Shown in pieces: positions 1 to 9,822 of a stretch of 64,000 nt of DNA (position 1 is the first letter of the stretch; the number at the start of each line of letters is the position of its first letter). The stretch lies in the NCBI GenBank assembly GCA_050633305.1, contig JBOEGF010000014.1, forward strand, positions 128,001 to 192,000, in the 5' to 3' direction. The DNA is from Nannocystales bacterium. Its GTDB lineage: Bacteria; Myxococcota_A; Polyangia; Nannocystales; Nannocystaceae. The notes beneath the pieces are model-generated. The model saw only the letters and a program-made list of their open reading frames with translations. It searched no databases and had not been told where the DNA came from. A program made the translations under genes and the position numbers.

Positions 1-1
1 T

Positions 2-511
2 GCTCACGATGCGCTCCGCGGAGCTGGCCTCCGCGAGGACATCAAGCTGTTTAGCGCTGGAAAAATCGCGACCGGGTTCCATGTCCTGATGCAGCTCGCG
101 CTGGGTGCCGATGCCTGCAACTCCGCCCGCGGCATGATGTTCGCGTTGGGGTGCATCCAGGCGCTCAAGTGCAACTCCAACAAGTGCCCCGCGGGCGTCG
201 CCACGCAGGAACCACGGCTGGTCGAGGGGCTCCACGTCGAGGACAAGTCGCTTCGTGTCGCCAGCTTTCACGACAAGACCGTCGAGTCCGTACTCGAGTT
301 GTGCGGAGCGGCTGGACTCGAGTCGCCCGTCGACCTGCGCCGCCAACACCTCACGCACCGCATTTCTCCCACCGAGGTCCGGACGTTCCAGGAGACCTTC
401 CCGCTTCTGGCCGAGCGCGCGCTGCTGGATGGGACCGCCCCCGAGGGTCTGCAAAAGATGTGGAACGCCGCCTCGGCGGACAACTTCTGTCCGCCTGCGA
501 CCGGCTGCTGA
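2..511 (+). CDS. FMN-binding glutamate synthase family protein, C-terminal part (5' truncated by window edge)
   Basis: Open frame from nt 2 (AHDALRGAGLREDIKLFSAGKI...). Contains ALGADACNSARGMMFALGCIQALKCNSNKCPAGVATQ, the 3Fe-4S Cys motif of this family. Confidence 0.9.
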   Translation, partial: AHDALRGAGLREDIKLFSAGKIATGFHVLMQLALGADACNSARGMMFALGCIQALKCNSNKCPAGVATQEPRLVEGLHVEDKSLRVASFHDKTVESVLELCGAAGLESPVDLRRQHLTHRISPTEVRTFQETFPLLAERALLDGTAPEGLQKMWNAASADNFCPPATGC

Positions 512-529
512 CAGCCGTGTGGCGCAGCC

Positions 530-916
530 TCAGCTGCCGACGCGGGTGCAGAGCTCGACCAAGAAGCCGTTGAGGTCACGGACGTACGCGATCGTCTGGC
601 CCCACGGTTTGGCGACCGGGGCCACCTCGGGATGGGCTCCGTGGTCAACGGCTCGGTCGAACGCGGCCTGGACGTCCTCGGTCACGAACGCGACCTCCAC
701 GGCGGCCGCCTTTTCATCGGCGCGGTTCGGGCGGAAGGTGTGGCACGTCGTGACGTCGGCTTCGGACGCGAAGGCGAGCGCGGTGGAGCCCGTCTCCATC
801 TCCGCGTATTGGCCGCTGTCGTGGATCATTCGCTGGGTGAGGCCGAAGGCCCCTTCGTAGAAGGAGACCGCCTTGGTGACGTCCGGGACGTAGATGATGA
901 CGTAGCTCAGTTGCAT
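530..916 (-). CDS. VOC/glyoxalase family protein
   Basis: IYVPDVTKAVSFY...PWGQTIAYVRDLNGFLVELC; GGAGG RBS before ATG at 916. Confidence 0.9.
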   Translation of the reverse strand: MQLSYVIIYVPDVTKAVSFYEGAFGLTQRMIHDSGQYAEMETGSTALAFASEADVTTCHTFRPNRADEKAAAVEVAFVTEDVQAAFDRAVDHGAHPEVAPVAKPWGQTIAYVRDLNGFLVELCTRVGS

Positions 917-934
917 GGCTTGCACCTCCGCAAC

Positions 935-1702
935 CTAGTGCGGCGATGACGGGACCGTCTTGGAAGAATGGAACCTGGCGTAGGCGCTGGCGGTGCTTCC
1001 GGAGAGCGCGCGGAACTCGTTGGCCATGTGGGCTTGGTCGCAGTAGCCGTTTTCGAGGGCTAGAGCGGCCGACGGAGGGACACCGATGGCGAGTTCTCCG
1101 GCCACCCGGCGGAACCGCGCGATGCGGCTGAGCTGCTTGGGGCCGAGTCCTGTCGCAGCGACGACGCGCTTGCGGAACTGCTGCCTCGAGACGCCTAGAG
1201 ACTCAGCAACCTCGACCACCGAGCGCTGCGGATGCGTGACGCAAGCGGCCGCCGATTCGAGACACGCGCGGTCTCGCGGCCTCACGGACGCGATTCTCCG
1301 CGTGAGGTGATCTTCGAGGGCAGACGCCGCGGCCTGGACATCGGAATCTCGCTGACAGGCCTCCAAGACCCATCGTTGCGGAGCATCCGGTCTCCAGCTG
1401 GTGGTGTTGTCCACAACCTCTCGGACATCGAGGTTGAGAAGTGCGCTTGCCCCACCCGCGCGGAAGCGAACCGCGAGGAGCTCGTACGGCCCCTCACAGT
1501 GGACGACGCGAGGCCGCCGCATGGTGCCGACGACTCGGGCGGCGTGCTGGGGCGGGTGTCGTTCGAACAGAAGATCGACGCACCCGTCCGGGAGTACAGC
1601 GGTGCGCCCACCGCCTTCGCCGCGCGTCCACCACAGGCACTCGACGAACTCGGCGAGCGGACCCGTGGGTCGGTGCTCTCTGTAGGCAGATCCGGCTATC
1701 AC
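935..1702 (-). CDS. AraC-family transcriptional regulator with N-terminal cupin-like domain
   Basis: VLPDGCVDLLF N-domain; C-terminal GLGPKQLSRIARF...GYCDQAHMANEFRALSG; directly upstream of the VOC gene. Confidence 0.9.
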   Translation of the reverse strand: MIAGSAYREHRPTGPLAEFVECLWWTRGEGGGRTAVLPDGCVDLLFERHPPQHAARVVGTMRRPRVVHCEGPYELLAVRFRAGGASALLNLDVREVVDNTTSWRPDAPQRWVLEACQRDSDVQAAASALEDHLTRRIASVRPRDRACLESAAACVTHPQRSVVEVAESLGVSRQQFRKRVVAATGLGPKQLSRIARFRRVAGELAIGVPPSAALALENGYCDQAHMANEFRALSGSTASAYARFHSSKTVPSSPH

Positions 1703-1749
1703 CGTACGGACAATCGTACGGTGTTTCGGCGGGATCCGTTACGCCAGCC

Positions 1750-2595
1750 TCAGACCTTCGACTTTCCTTTGGCGATGACCTTCGCGTAGACGTCCTTTTT
1801 TGCCGTTCCTTTGGCGACGAGGGCCTCGGCTTCCTTCAGCTCGACGTCGATCAGCGCCTTGAACGCTTCAAACGGCTGCGCCCCCGAGAGGTGCCGGCCG
1901 TTGACGAAGAACGACGGGGTGCCACGAGCGCCAAGCGTTGCCCCTTGAGACTGCTGCTTGCGCACCTTGGTCTCGAGAGCCTTGTCTTTCATGTCTGTCT
2001 TGAACTTGGCGACATCGAGTCCGAGCTCGCTGGCCCACTTCTCGAAGTTCTCGTCGGTCAGTGCCTTGCCGTTGGCGAAGAGCTTGTCGTGCATCTCCCA
2101 GAACTTGTTCTGGCGTCCGGCGGCTTCAGCTGCGAGTGCGGCTGCCATGGCGCGGTTGTGCATGGGCAGTGGGTTGTGCTTGAACGCAACGCGGACCTTG
2201 TCGCCGTAGGCCTCGTGGATCTTGGCCATGGTCGGGTTCACGCGGTTGCAGAAGGGGCACTGGAAGTCAGACCACTCGACGATGGTGACGAGTGCTTCGT
2301 CGGACCCTTTCACCGCGGCGTCACCGACGTCGACTTTGTAGGTGAGCTTGGGATCGGGGCGGCCGGGGCGCGGTCCGGCCGGTTTGGCCTTACCCGGCGC
2401 GCCCGCCGGTAGAGCGTCGAGCTTCTGTTCGAGGCCGTCGATTTTCGCAAGAATGTTGTCTTGTTTTTGGTCGATGCCGGCGAGTGTATCTTGGAGCTGA
2501 GCGAACCCCGACTGTCCCTGACAGCCAGGAAGGCCCATTCCGAGAACCGAGATCAAGGAAATCGTGAGCAATGAGCTTCGAGCGTTCATGGACAT
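1750..2595 (-). CDS. DsbA/thioredoxin-domain lipoprotein
   Basis: EWSDFQCPFC active site and GTPSFFVNG cis-Pro loop; lipobox LPGC followed by a short coiled coil. Start uncertain (2589-2637). Confidence 0.9.
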   Translation of the reverse strand: MSMNARSSLLTISLISVLGMGLPGCQGQSGFAQLQDTLAGIDQKQDNILAKIDGLEQKLDALPAGAPGKAKPAGPRPGRPDPKLTYKVDVGDAAVKGSDEALVTIVEWSDFQCPFCNRVNPTMAKIHEAYGDKVRVAFKHNPLPMHNRAMAAALAAEAAGRQNKFWEMHDKLFANGKALTDENFEKWASELGLDVAKFKTDMKDKALETKVRKQQSQGATLGARGTPSFFVNGRHLSGAQPFEAFKALIDVELKEAEALVAKGTAKKDVYAKVIAKGKSKV

Positions 2596-2644
2596 GACGG
2601 CGAACGCGGTCCGCTCGCGCGACATATCGCTCGACACTGTTCAT

Positions 2645-3847
2645 TCATTCCGCCGATTTATTCGGGGGGGATGTATCGACGTCGTCGCTGTGCCCCGCGA
2701 TGACTCGGGCGCCGACGAGTCCGAGGGCTGAAATGCCCGCCATGACGAAGAAGGCTGACCCGCCGAGGTGGTCGTACAGAGGTCCGGCACCCAGCATCAT
2801 GAGACCGCTGCCAACGCCGGTCGAGGCGGCATACAGAGAGGTGACGGTCGCGGTTGCACGCTCGTCGACCCGCTCTTGCACGTACGCGATCGCGCCCAGG
2901 TGCAGCGCGCCGAACGTCAACCCGTGCAGGATTTGGATCGCGAACAACGAGGACGGGTCGGTCGTCATGGCCAGGAGCGGCCAGCGGGCAAGTCCACCGA
3001 TTGCTGCGAGGGTCAGCAGCCCGGTTGAGCCGAGGGTCCGCTGGACGCGGCCGCTCATCGCGAACAGGACGATCTCCGCCACGACGCCCACCGACCACAG
3101 CTGCCCGATGGTGGTGTCGGGCACGTCATGAGCGCGCCAGTGGGCCGTGCCGAACGCGTACAGCATCGCGTGGGCGGCGTGCAGGAGTCCCGTGGTGAGG
3201 AGGAAGCGGACGTGGCTTCGCTTGGGCGCACCGAGTTGCGCCGGCTTGGACGGTTTGGGCCCCCGCCGCGGCATCAAAACGACTGCGGCCACGACCACGA
3301 CCCCGGCGATGCGCAGGGAGTCCAAGACATCCTGCTCGTCCCCGCGCGCGAGGAGCCAACCCCCCGCATTGGATGCCACGATGAACGCCGCCGAACCGAA
3401 CAACCGTAGGTGGCCGTAGTTGACCGTCCCGGTGCTTCCCAGACGGAGCGCGACCGAATCCACCAGCGGAATCAGCGGGCTGTACGAGACGCCGAGCAGT
3501 GCACCGACAGCGACCACCTCCCAAACGCTGGAGGTCACGCCGAACAGCCCGTAGCTCGATGCGGCCAGAACCGCGAGGACGATCGCGGGTGCCTTGACCG
3601 ACCCGAGTCGATCACTGAGGCGACCGATCAGCGGGTTGGCCGGAACCCGCATCCAGGTGATCGTGCCGAGCACGATACCGATGGCACCCGCCGAGTAGCC
3701 GCGACTCTGCAGCCAGACCGGGAAGTAGGGCATGTGCATGCCCAACGCGAAGAAAATCGCGGCGAACGCCAGTGCGATGCGGACCTTCGCGAACACGACC
3801 GGCCCCGTATACACGACCTGGCTTGACCGGCCACGGAGCTGACGCAT
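2645..3847 (-). CDS. MFS transporter (HcaT/3-phenylpropionate-like)
   Basis: About 12 hydrophobic segments; PYFPVWL, YGHLRLFGSAAFI, QILHGLTFGALHLG motifs. Start may be about 50 nt downstream. Confidence 0.88.
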   Translation of the reverse strand: MRQLRGRSSQVVYTGPVVFAKVRIALAFAAIFFALGMHMPYFPVWLQSRGYSAGAIGIVLGTITWMRVPANPLIGRLSDRLGSVKAPAIVLAVLAASSYGLFGVTSSVWEVVAVGALLGVSYSPLIPLVDSVALRLGSTGTVNYGHLRLFGSAAFIVASNAGGWLLARGDEQDVLDSLRIAGVVVVAAVVLMPRRGPKPSKPAQLGAPKRSHVRFLLTTGLLHAAHAMLYAFGTAHWRAHDVPDTTIGQLWSVGVVAEIVLFAMSGRVQRTLGSTGLLTLAAIGGLARWPLLAMTTDPSSLFAIQILHGLTFGALHLGAIAYVQERVDERATATVTSLYAASTGVGSGLMMLGAGPLYDHLGGSAFFVMAGISALGLVGARVIAGHSDDVDTSPPNKSAE

Positions 3848-3879
3848 GACCTTAGATAGCTAGAATCATGCTGCTTTCC

Positions 3880-3912
3880 CGAAATTTATATTATTTCGAA
3901 CATTCGTTATAC
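3880..3912. promoter_or_regulatory. AT-rich inverted repeats, candidate TetR operator in the divergent promoter
   Basis: CGAAAT-ttatatt-ATTTCG (3880-3898) and overlapping CGAA-ca-TTCG immediately upstream of the TetR start. Confidence 0.5.
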
Positions 3913-3920
3913 AAAACGCC

Positions 3921-4478
3921 GTGCCGAAGATCGTGGACCATGAGGCGATGCGCGATCAGCTCGCCGAGCGGTGTGTCGAGGCGTTCGCCGACCAAGGCTA
4001 CGGGCGAAGCTCGATGCGGAGCCTCGCGGAGGCCTCGGGCGTGTCGACGGGCACCCTGTATCACTACTTCGTCAACAAGTCGGCGCTGTTTCAGCACGTG
4101 GTCGAACGCGTTGCGCGGCTCGACATCGGTGAGGCCTCGCAGCTTCTCGTTGCGGCCTATGACGACCCGGCGGAGCGGGTGCGCCCGCTGATGCAGTTCG
4201 TATCGGCGGCGATTCCTCGCCTGGCCTCCCACTTCCGGGTGCTCAACGAGTACTCGATCCACCCCGACAACCCTGGAGAGGTGTGGACGGCGTTGATGCA
4301 GGAGAGCCGCGATCGGTATCTCGAGGCGCTCCGTGTCGCGCTCGAGGTCGAGGACGAGGCGCGACTGGACATGGTCCTGCTGACGATCTGCGGAATGGTG
4401 CTGCGCGCGATGTGTGCGGACCCGACCAGCACCGATGTGGATGCGGTTGTTCTTCAACTCGAGAGGCTTCTTTCATGA
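3921..4478 (+). CDS. TetR/AcrR family transcriptional regulator
   Basis: PKIVDHE...GYGRSSMRSLAEASGVSTGTLYHYFVNKSAL helix-turn-helix. Confidence 0.93.
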   Translation: MPKIVDHEAMRDQLAERCVEAFADQGYGRSSMRSLAEASGVSTGTLYHYFVNKSALFQHVVERVARLDIGEASQLLVAAYDDPAERVRPLMQFVSAAIPRLASHFRVLNEYSIHPDNPGEVWTALMQESRDRYLEALRVALEVEDEARLDMVLLTICGMVLRAMCADPTSTDVDAVVLQLERLLS

Positions 4479-5170
4479 ACCGAGCTTTCATTGTGTTGTG
4501 TGTTGTTCTCGCGGGGTGTGGTGAGGGGCACCCTCGTTCCGCTTCGGAGGCTTCGGAGACGACGGGAATGGGGAGCACCTCGTCGGTCTCGACAGACGAA
4601 CAAGGCTCCAGTGGCTCCGCCAGCGTTCGGGCCGACTTGGGCCTCGAGCCGCCGGAAGCCTGCGAGGCATCCTGCGCCGCGGTATCGGCGTGCCAGGGCC
4701 TCGCTGTGTCCGACTGCCTTCTACAGTGCTCGGCCGAGCTGATCGATGCGGAAGCCGTCTCCGCAGCCTGCGGTGTGGCGCACGAAGCTCTCGAGGCTTG
4801 TGTCGCCGCGCTTTCCTGTGACGAACTCGCGGCGCACGATGCAGGGGAGGACGGTCCGTGCCGTGGCAGCGCGCAGCAGGCTGCGCTCGATTGCGATGTC
4901 TCTGGCGAGGCGGAAGCAGCCGTGTGTGCCGACCTCTGCACCGCTTTGACGGGCTGCGGGTTGGCTGAAGAAACGCCGTGCTTGGCGAACTGCATCGAGT
5001 TGCGTGAAGCCGCCGGTACGTCCGGGCGGTCGTGCGCCGCGGCACAAGACGAACACCTGACCTGTGTCGGCGGGCTTGACTGCGCCGCCCTCGAACAATG
5101 GGTGTCGACGAACTCGACACCAGCTTGCACTGACGCGCTCGACGAAGCTTGCGCTGGAGACCAAGAATGA
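4475..5170 (+). CDS. Cys-rich lipoprotein with two internal repeats
   Basis: ATGA overlap with the TetR stop; MNRAFIVLCVVLAGC lipobox; S/T linker; two repeats of C..C....C....CL..C...C..A....CV..L.C..L. Confidence 0.8.
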   Translation: MNRAFIVLCVVLAGCGEGHPRSASEASETTGMGSTSSVSTDEQGSSGSASVRADLGLEPPEACEASCAAVSACQGLAVSDCLLQCSAELIDAEAVSAACGVAHEALEACVAALSCDELAAHDAGEDGPCRGSAQQAALDCDVSGEAEAAVCADLCTALTGCGLAEETPCLANCIELREAAGTSGRSCAAAQDEHLTCVGGLDCAALEQWVSTNSTPACTDALDEACAGDQE

Positions 5171-7107
5171 CCCGCCGATCTCTGCCCCTGTTCCTGTGTT
5201 TCATCTCCGTCCTCGGGTGTGAGGAGCCCACCGCACCCGCCGAAGGGGGCGCGACCAGTTGCGCAGGGGCGAAGTGCGACACGACCGAGCTCGAAGGGGA
5301 TTTCGAGTTCATCGTGGTGGGGTCGGGTGCCGGCGGTGGGCCGCTGGCGGCCAACCTCGCGCGGGCGGGCCATTCAGTCCTCCTGCTCGAGGCGGGAACT
5401 GACGCGGGGGCGAACATCAACTATCAGGTGCCCGCGTTCCACGGCCTGTCCACCGAGGACCCACAGATGCGGTGGGACTACTACGTCCAGCACTACGACG
5501 ACGCACAGCGCGGAGAGCGAGACACGAAATGGGTGGACGAGCCAATCACCCGAGCCGAGCCCGGCATCTTCTATCCCCGCGCGGGCACGCTGGGCGGGTG
5601 CACGGCACACAACGCACTCATCGCCATCAAGCCCCACGCGAGCGACTGGAACCGCATCGCCGAACTCACCGGTGACCCCCAGTGGCGTGCGGAGAACATG
5701 GACCCCTACTTCGAAGATGTGACCACGTGGCTTCCCATCGACACGGCTGACCCCTCGGTCGCGTTGTTCGACATCAAGCTGCAGAAGGTGATCGCGGGGG
5801 GGGTCAAGGCGTTCTCGCTCAGCCAGGGGGAGGGCCTTCTGTCCGGGATTACGGGCAGTGTCTCCGAGCTGTACGGGCTGTTGACCCGCGACCTCAACGC
5901 GATCGGCCCCGAAGAAGAGGGCGTCTATCCGTTTCCGCTGACAATGCAGGACGGTCGGCGTCACAGCGTCCGGGAGTATCTGGTGGAGACCGTGGACCAG
6001 GGCTACCCGCTCACCATCCAAACCGGGTCCCTGGTCACCAAAGTGGTCTTCGATGAACCCGCCGCGGGTGAAGAACCGAGGGCGCGAGGTGTGGAGTTCA
6101 TTCCGGCCGAGCACGCCTATCGGGCTGACCCGGCGGCCTCCCACGAGGACGCCCGGCCCGACACCATCGAGATCCTCGCGAAGCGCGAGGTCATCCTGTC
6201 CGCGGGCGCCTTCAACACACCACAGTTGCTCAAGCTGTCCGGCGTTGGCCCAGCTGAGGAGTTGCGGGCCAACGACATCGAGGTCGTCGCAGATCTTCCC
6301 GGTGTGGGAGAGAACCTGCAGGACCGCTACGAAGTCGGAATCGTCGGACAGGCCCGGGGGGACTTCCGGGTGCTCGCCGACTGCGAACCAGGACAGGCCG
6401 ACGACGAGTGTCTGGACGAGTGGGCGGATGGTGAGGGTCCGTATCGCAGCAACGGTGGTGTCGCGACGATGATCAAACGGTCGGGCCGTACCTTGGCCGA
6501 CCCAGACTTGTTCATCTTCGGTGTGCCCGGAAAATTCGAGGGATATGCACCGGGCTACTCCGACGAAGCACTCGCCGACAAGAGCCTGTTCACGTGGCTC
6601 ATCCTCAAGGGCCATACTCGCAACCGAGCGGGTTACGTCCGACTTCGGTCCTCGGATCCGCGCGACACTCCGGAGATCAACTTCCGCTACTTCGACGAGG
6701 GGAGCGTCGACGAGGGACAGGATGAGCACGACGCGAACGCGATGGTGCAGGGCGTTGCGCTGGTCCGAGAGTTCGAGAAGAGAGCTCGACGACTCATGGG
6801 CGCTCCGTTGTTCGGCAACTTCACCGAGGTTTGGCCCGGAGACAACGCGCAAACCCCCGAGGAAATCGACACGTTCGTGCGTGACGAAGCATGGGGACAT
6901 CACGCCTCGTGTTCGGCCAAAATCGGGGGCGACGATGACCCGATGGCGGTGCTCGACAGCCGCTTCAACGTACGGGGCGTGGACGGCCTGCGCGTCGTGG
7001 ATGCCTCCGTGTTCCCGGAGATCCCCGGTTTCTTCATCCTCATGCCGATCCTGATGGTCAGCGAACGCGCGTCGGATGTGATCGTGGAAGACTGGTCAGG
7101 ACAGTAG
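5167..7107 (+). CDS. GMC oxidoreductase (choline dehydrogenase-like), lipoprotein
   Basis: IVVGSGAGGG FAD motif, PRAGTLGGCTAHN, ILSAGAFNTPQLLKLSGVG, GHHASCSAKIG, LRVVDASVFP; lipobox VLGC; ATGA overlap with the upstream gene. Confidence 0.93.
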   Translation: MTRRSLPLFLCFISVLGCEEPTAPAEGGATSCAGAKCDTTELEGDFEFIVVGSGAGGGPLAANLARAGHSVLLLEAGTDAGANINYQVPAFHGLSTEDPQMRWDYYVQHYDDAQRGERDTKWVDEPITRAEPGIFYPRAGTLGGCTAHNALIAIKPHASDWNRIAELTGDPQWRAENMDPYFEDVTTWLPIDTADPSVALFDIKLQKVIAGGVKAFSLSQGEGLLSGITGSVSELYGLLTRDLNAIGPEEEGVYPFPLTMQDGRRHSVREYLVETVDQGYPLTIQTGSLVTKVVFDEPAAGEEPRARGVEFIPAEHAYRADPAASHEDARPDTIEILAKREVILSAGAFNTPQLLKLSGVGPAEELRANDIEVVADLPGVGENLQDRYEVGIVGQARGDFRVLADCEPGQADDECLDEWADGEGPYRSNGGVATMIKRSGRTLADPDLFIFGVPGKFEGYAPGYSDEALADKSLFTWLILKGHTRNRAGYVRLRSSDPRDTPEINFRYFDEGSVDEGQDEHDANAMVQGVALVREFEKRARRLMGAPLFGNFTEVWPGDNAQTPEEIDTFVRDEAWGHHASCSAKIGGDDDPMAVLDSRFNVRGVDGLRVVDASVFPEIPGFFILMPILMVSERASDVIVEDWSGQ

Positions 7108-7125
7108 TCGGGTATCTTCCCGCGG

Positions 7126-7776
7126 ATGGGGAAACCGACCCGCGCCAAGGCCTCGCTCGAGGTCCCCTGGGAAGACCGCCCCGCGGTCGTTCACCTGACG
7201 CACCAGATCCTGCGGTTGCAGGCTCTCACCGCGGCCCGAGTTGTGGAGGCAGTGATCGCGATCGGTGACGCGACCCAGGAGATTCACGACGAACTGCCAC
7301 ACGGACAGTGGGCGCGTTGGTGCGCGGAGGCGGTGCCGTTCGCTCGGCAGACGCTCTCCAACTACATGGCGCTCGCGCGTTGGGCAGAGGAACGCCCGAA
7401 GGAGGTCGAGAAGCTGGCCTACCTCGGGCCAAGTAAGCTCTACCTGCTTCTACCGCTCCCACCCGCCGTTCGGCGTCGGCTCGCGGGGCGCAAGCCAGTC
7501 CAGGTTCCGGATGGTCCGCTCAAGACGATCGATCGCATGACGGTGTCGGAGCTGGCGCGGGTGACCGCGCAGGAAGCCCGTGTGCTGCCCGAGCACCGCC
7601 CCATGCCGGTCGGTCGTGTCGTGGGACGGGTCCGACGGTCGATCGCGGGCCTCGACGTGAGTGCACAGGCTTTGTTGGAGCGGGCCGACGATGTCGAGCC
7701 CGACGAAGCCCGCGCTTTGCATGAGGCGCTGCTCAAGGTCGCGGAGTCGTTGCGCGAGACCTTCGAACTCGAGTGA
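7126..7776 (+). CDS. hypothetical protein with DUF3102-like segment
   Basis: IAIGDATQEIHDELPHGQWARWCAEAVPFARQTLSNYMALA resembles the DUF3102 pattern (G..L...K....HG.W..W.......S...A..YM). Confidence 0.6.
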   Translation: MGKPTRAKASLEVPWEDRPAVVHLTHQILRLQALTAARVVEAVIAIGDATQEIHDELPHGQWARWCAEAVPFARQTLSNYMALARWAEERPKEVEKLAYLGPSKLYLLLPLPPAVRRRLAGRKPVQVPDGPLKTIDRMTVSELARVTAQEARVLPEHRPMPVGRVVGRVRRSIAGLDVSAQALLERADDVEPDEARALHEALLKVAESLRETFELE

Positions 7777-7782
7777 CTCGTG

Positions 7783-8169
7783 CTAGGCGGGGGGCGTCAG
7801 TTGCTCGGTCGTCCATGCGCGGGCGTCGTCGAACGAAGCGACCACGACCTGCGGACACGGAAGACTCTGCAGGTGCAGGATCGCCCGGAGTGCCCCTCGG
7901 ATCATCGGCGAGTGAATCACGAACGCAATACCGGCGCAGTGGGCTCGGATGCCTTCGTTGCGAAGCTTCTGCGCCTTGGCTTGCAGCCGCATGAACCGCG
8001 GGGTGGGCGTCCCGGACTTGGCGAGGTCGACCACAACCGCGTACCGGACTCCGCGCTCAGGGAGTCGCGTCGAAAGCTCGCTGAACTCGACCTCCTCTTC
8101 CGGCGTGATCGAGCCCTCGATGCGGAGCACGGCCAGCGGCCACTGGGCGTCGTCGAAGAAGTACGGCAT
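7783..8169 (-). CDS. STAS/SEC14-like small protein
   Basis: WPLAVLRIEG...YAVVVDL...GIAFVIHSPMIRGALRAILHL...VASFDDARAW; GGAG RBS upstream. Confidence 0.65.
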   Translation of the reverse strand: MPYFFDDAQWPLAVLRIEGSITPEEEVEFSELSTRLPERGVRYAVVVDLAKSGTPTPRFMRLQAKAQKLRNEGIRAHCAGIAFVIHSPMIRGALRAILHLQSLPCPQVVVASFDDARAWTTEQLTPPA

Positions 8170-8263
8170 CGCGATGCTCCGCGGAGAGTATCGCGACTGC
8201 CGTCCGAGTCCGAGTGCGATGCGACGGTACGCCGCGCGGTCCGATGACCGTTTGGCTCCTGGT

Positions 8264-9553
8264 TTAGACGAGTCCGATCGCAGCCATGCCCACGTAGGTC
8301 GCCATGCCCGCTGCATAGCTGACGAACGCGACCAAAGAGATGCGACGCGCGTACCACATAAAATCGACCTTCTCCATACCCATAAAGGCCACGCCCGCGG
8401 CGCTGCCGATGATCAGGATGGAGCCACCGGTACCCGCACAGAACGCGATGAGGTCCCAAAACTGGTGGTCGGCCGGGTATTGCTCGAGCGAGTACATGCC
8501 CATCGTCGCGGCCACGAGCGGCACGTTGTCGACGATGGCGGAGAGCACCCCGAGCATCCCGGCAAGGATGGTTGGGTTGCCCGCGACGCTGTCGAGCGAA
8601 TGGGCGAGCGCATCGAGTAGCCCTGCGGACTGAAGGGCACCGATGCCCAGCAGGATTCCCAGGAAAAACAGCACGCCGGAGACGTCGATCTTGGTGAACG
8701 CGGCCGGGACCTTCACGTGTTGTCGGTCCTCGTGCTCGTGGTGCAGGACGTCGGTCACCAGCCACATGATTCCAAGCCCGAGCAAGATCCCGACGAACGG
8801 GGGGATGTGGGCCACGGACTTGAGGATCGGCACCATGATGAAGGCGCCGAGGCCGAGGCTCAGCACTCGCCTCGCACCCAGCTCGACCTGTTGCTCCCCC
8901 TCTTCGACTTCGCCGCCGTAGTGGCCGGCTTTCTCGGAGTACCCGAGCATCAAGACCGCGACCGCCATCGTCACCAGGCTGGGCAGGATGAGCGCGCCCA
9001 TCACTCCGAAGGTCGTAACCTGACCCCCGATCCACAACATGGTCGTGGTGACGTCGCCCATCGGCGTCCACGCACCACCTGCGTTGGCGGCGATGACCAC
9101 CATCGAACCGAGCAGAAGTCGGTTGTCTCGGTTGGGCAGGATCCGGCGAAGCAACGACACCATCACGATCGTCGTGGTGAGGTTGTCGAGCACCGCGGAC
9201 ATGAAGAACGCGAGGATGGCCAGCACCCACATGACCTTCCACTTGGAGCGGGTGCGGATCTGGTCGGTGACGAGTTTGAACGAGCCGTGGAGGTCGATGA
9301 CTTCGACCAGCGTCATGGCACCGATCAAGAAGAAGACGATCTGCGCGACTTCGCTGAGCAGCTCGCTGAGCTGATGCGTTGCGACCTCTTCCGATGGGGC
9401 GAGGCCGGTGAAGTAGAGAAGCCACAAACCGGCGGCAACGAGAAGCGCAACCGCGCCCTTGTTGATGCGCAGGTTGTGCTCGAAAATGATCGCCCCATAG
9501 CCGAGGACGAACACGAGGATCATCGCGGCGTGGGTCGAGTTGAAGGCGTCCAT
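8264..9553 (-). CDS. nhaD: Na+/H+ antiporter, NhaD family
   Basis: FFMSAVLDNLTTTIVM, AANAGGAWTPMGDVTTTMLW, SAIVDNVPLVAA, GTGGSILIIGSAAGV. Confidence 0.93.
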   Translation of the reverse strand: MDAFNSTHAAMILVFVLGYGAIIFEHNLRINKGAVALLVAAGLWLLYFTGLAPSEEVATHQLSELLSEVAQIVFFLIGAMTLVEVIDLHGSFKLVTDQIRTRSKWKVMWVLAILAFFMSAVLDNLTTTIVMVSLLRRILPNRDNRLLLGSMVVIAANAGGAWTPMGDVTTTMLWIGGQVTTFGVMGALILPSLVTMAVAVLMLGYSEKAGHYGGEVEEGEQQVELGARRVLSLGLGAFIMVPILKSVAHIPPFVGILLGLGIMWLVTDVLHHEHEDRQHVKVPAAFTKIDVSGVLFFLGILLGIGALQSAGLLDALAHSLDSVAGNPTILAGMLGVLSAIVDNVPLVAATMGMYSLEQYPADHQFWDLIAFCAGTGGSILIIGSAAGVAFMGMEKVDFMWYARRISLVAFVSYAAGMATYVGMAAIGLV

Positions 9554-9822
9554 GGAAGGCGTCGTCGAGGCTCTCCCGTCCTCGATTTCGGCAGCCCTCT
9601 AGCCCGGCCTTACAGCCCGAACAAGGGGAAATCTTCCCCACTGTAGGTGCGTGTGCTCCAATTCCGCGCCGATGGACACTCCGGGCCTGAATTCAGCGAC
9701 TTAGCAGCTTGCGCATTTTCTGCGCCGCTCTCCGCGCGGGGCGAATCCGAGCCGCGAAGGAGCGGGGTCCCGGTGAGCGCTGGGGCCCCCCATGTGTCCG
9801 ATCCCACGAACTTCGGCCAGAG

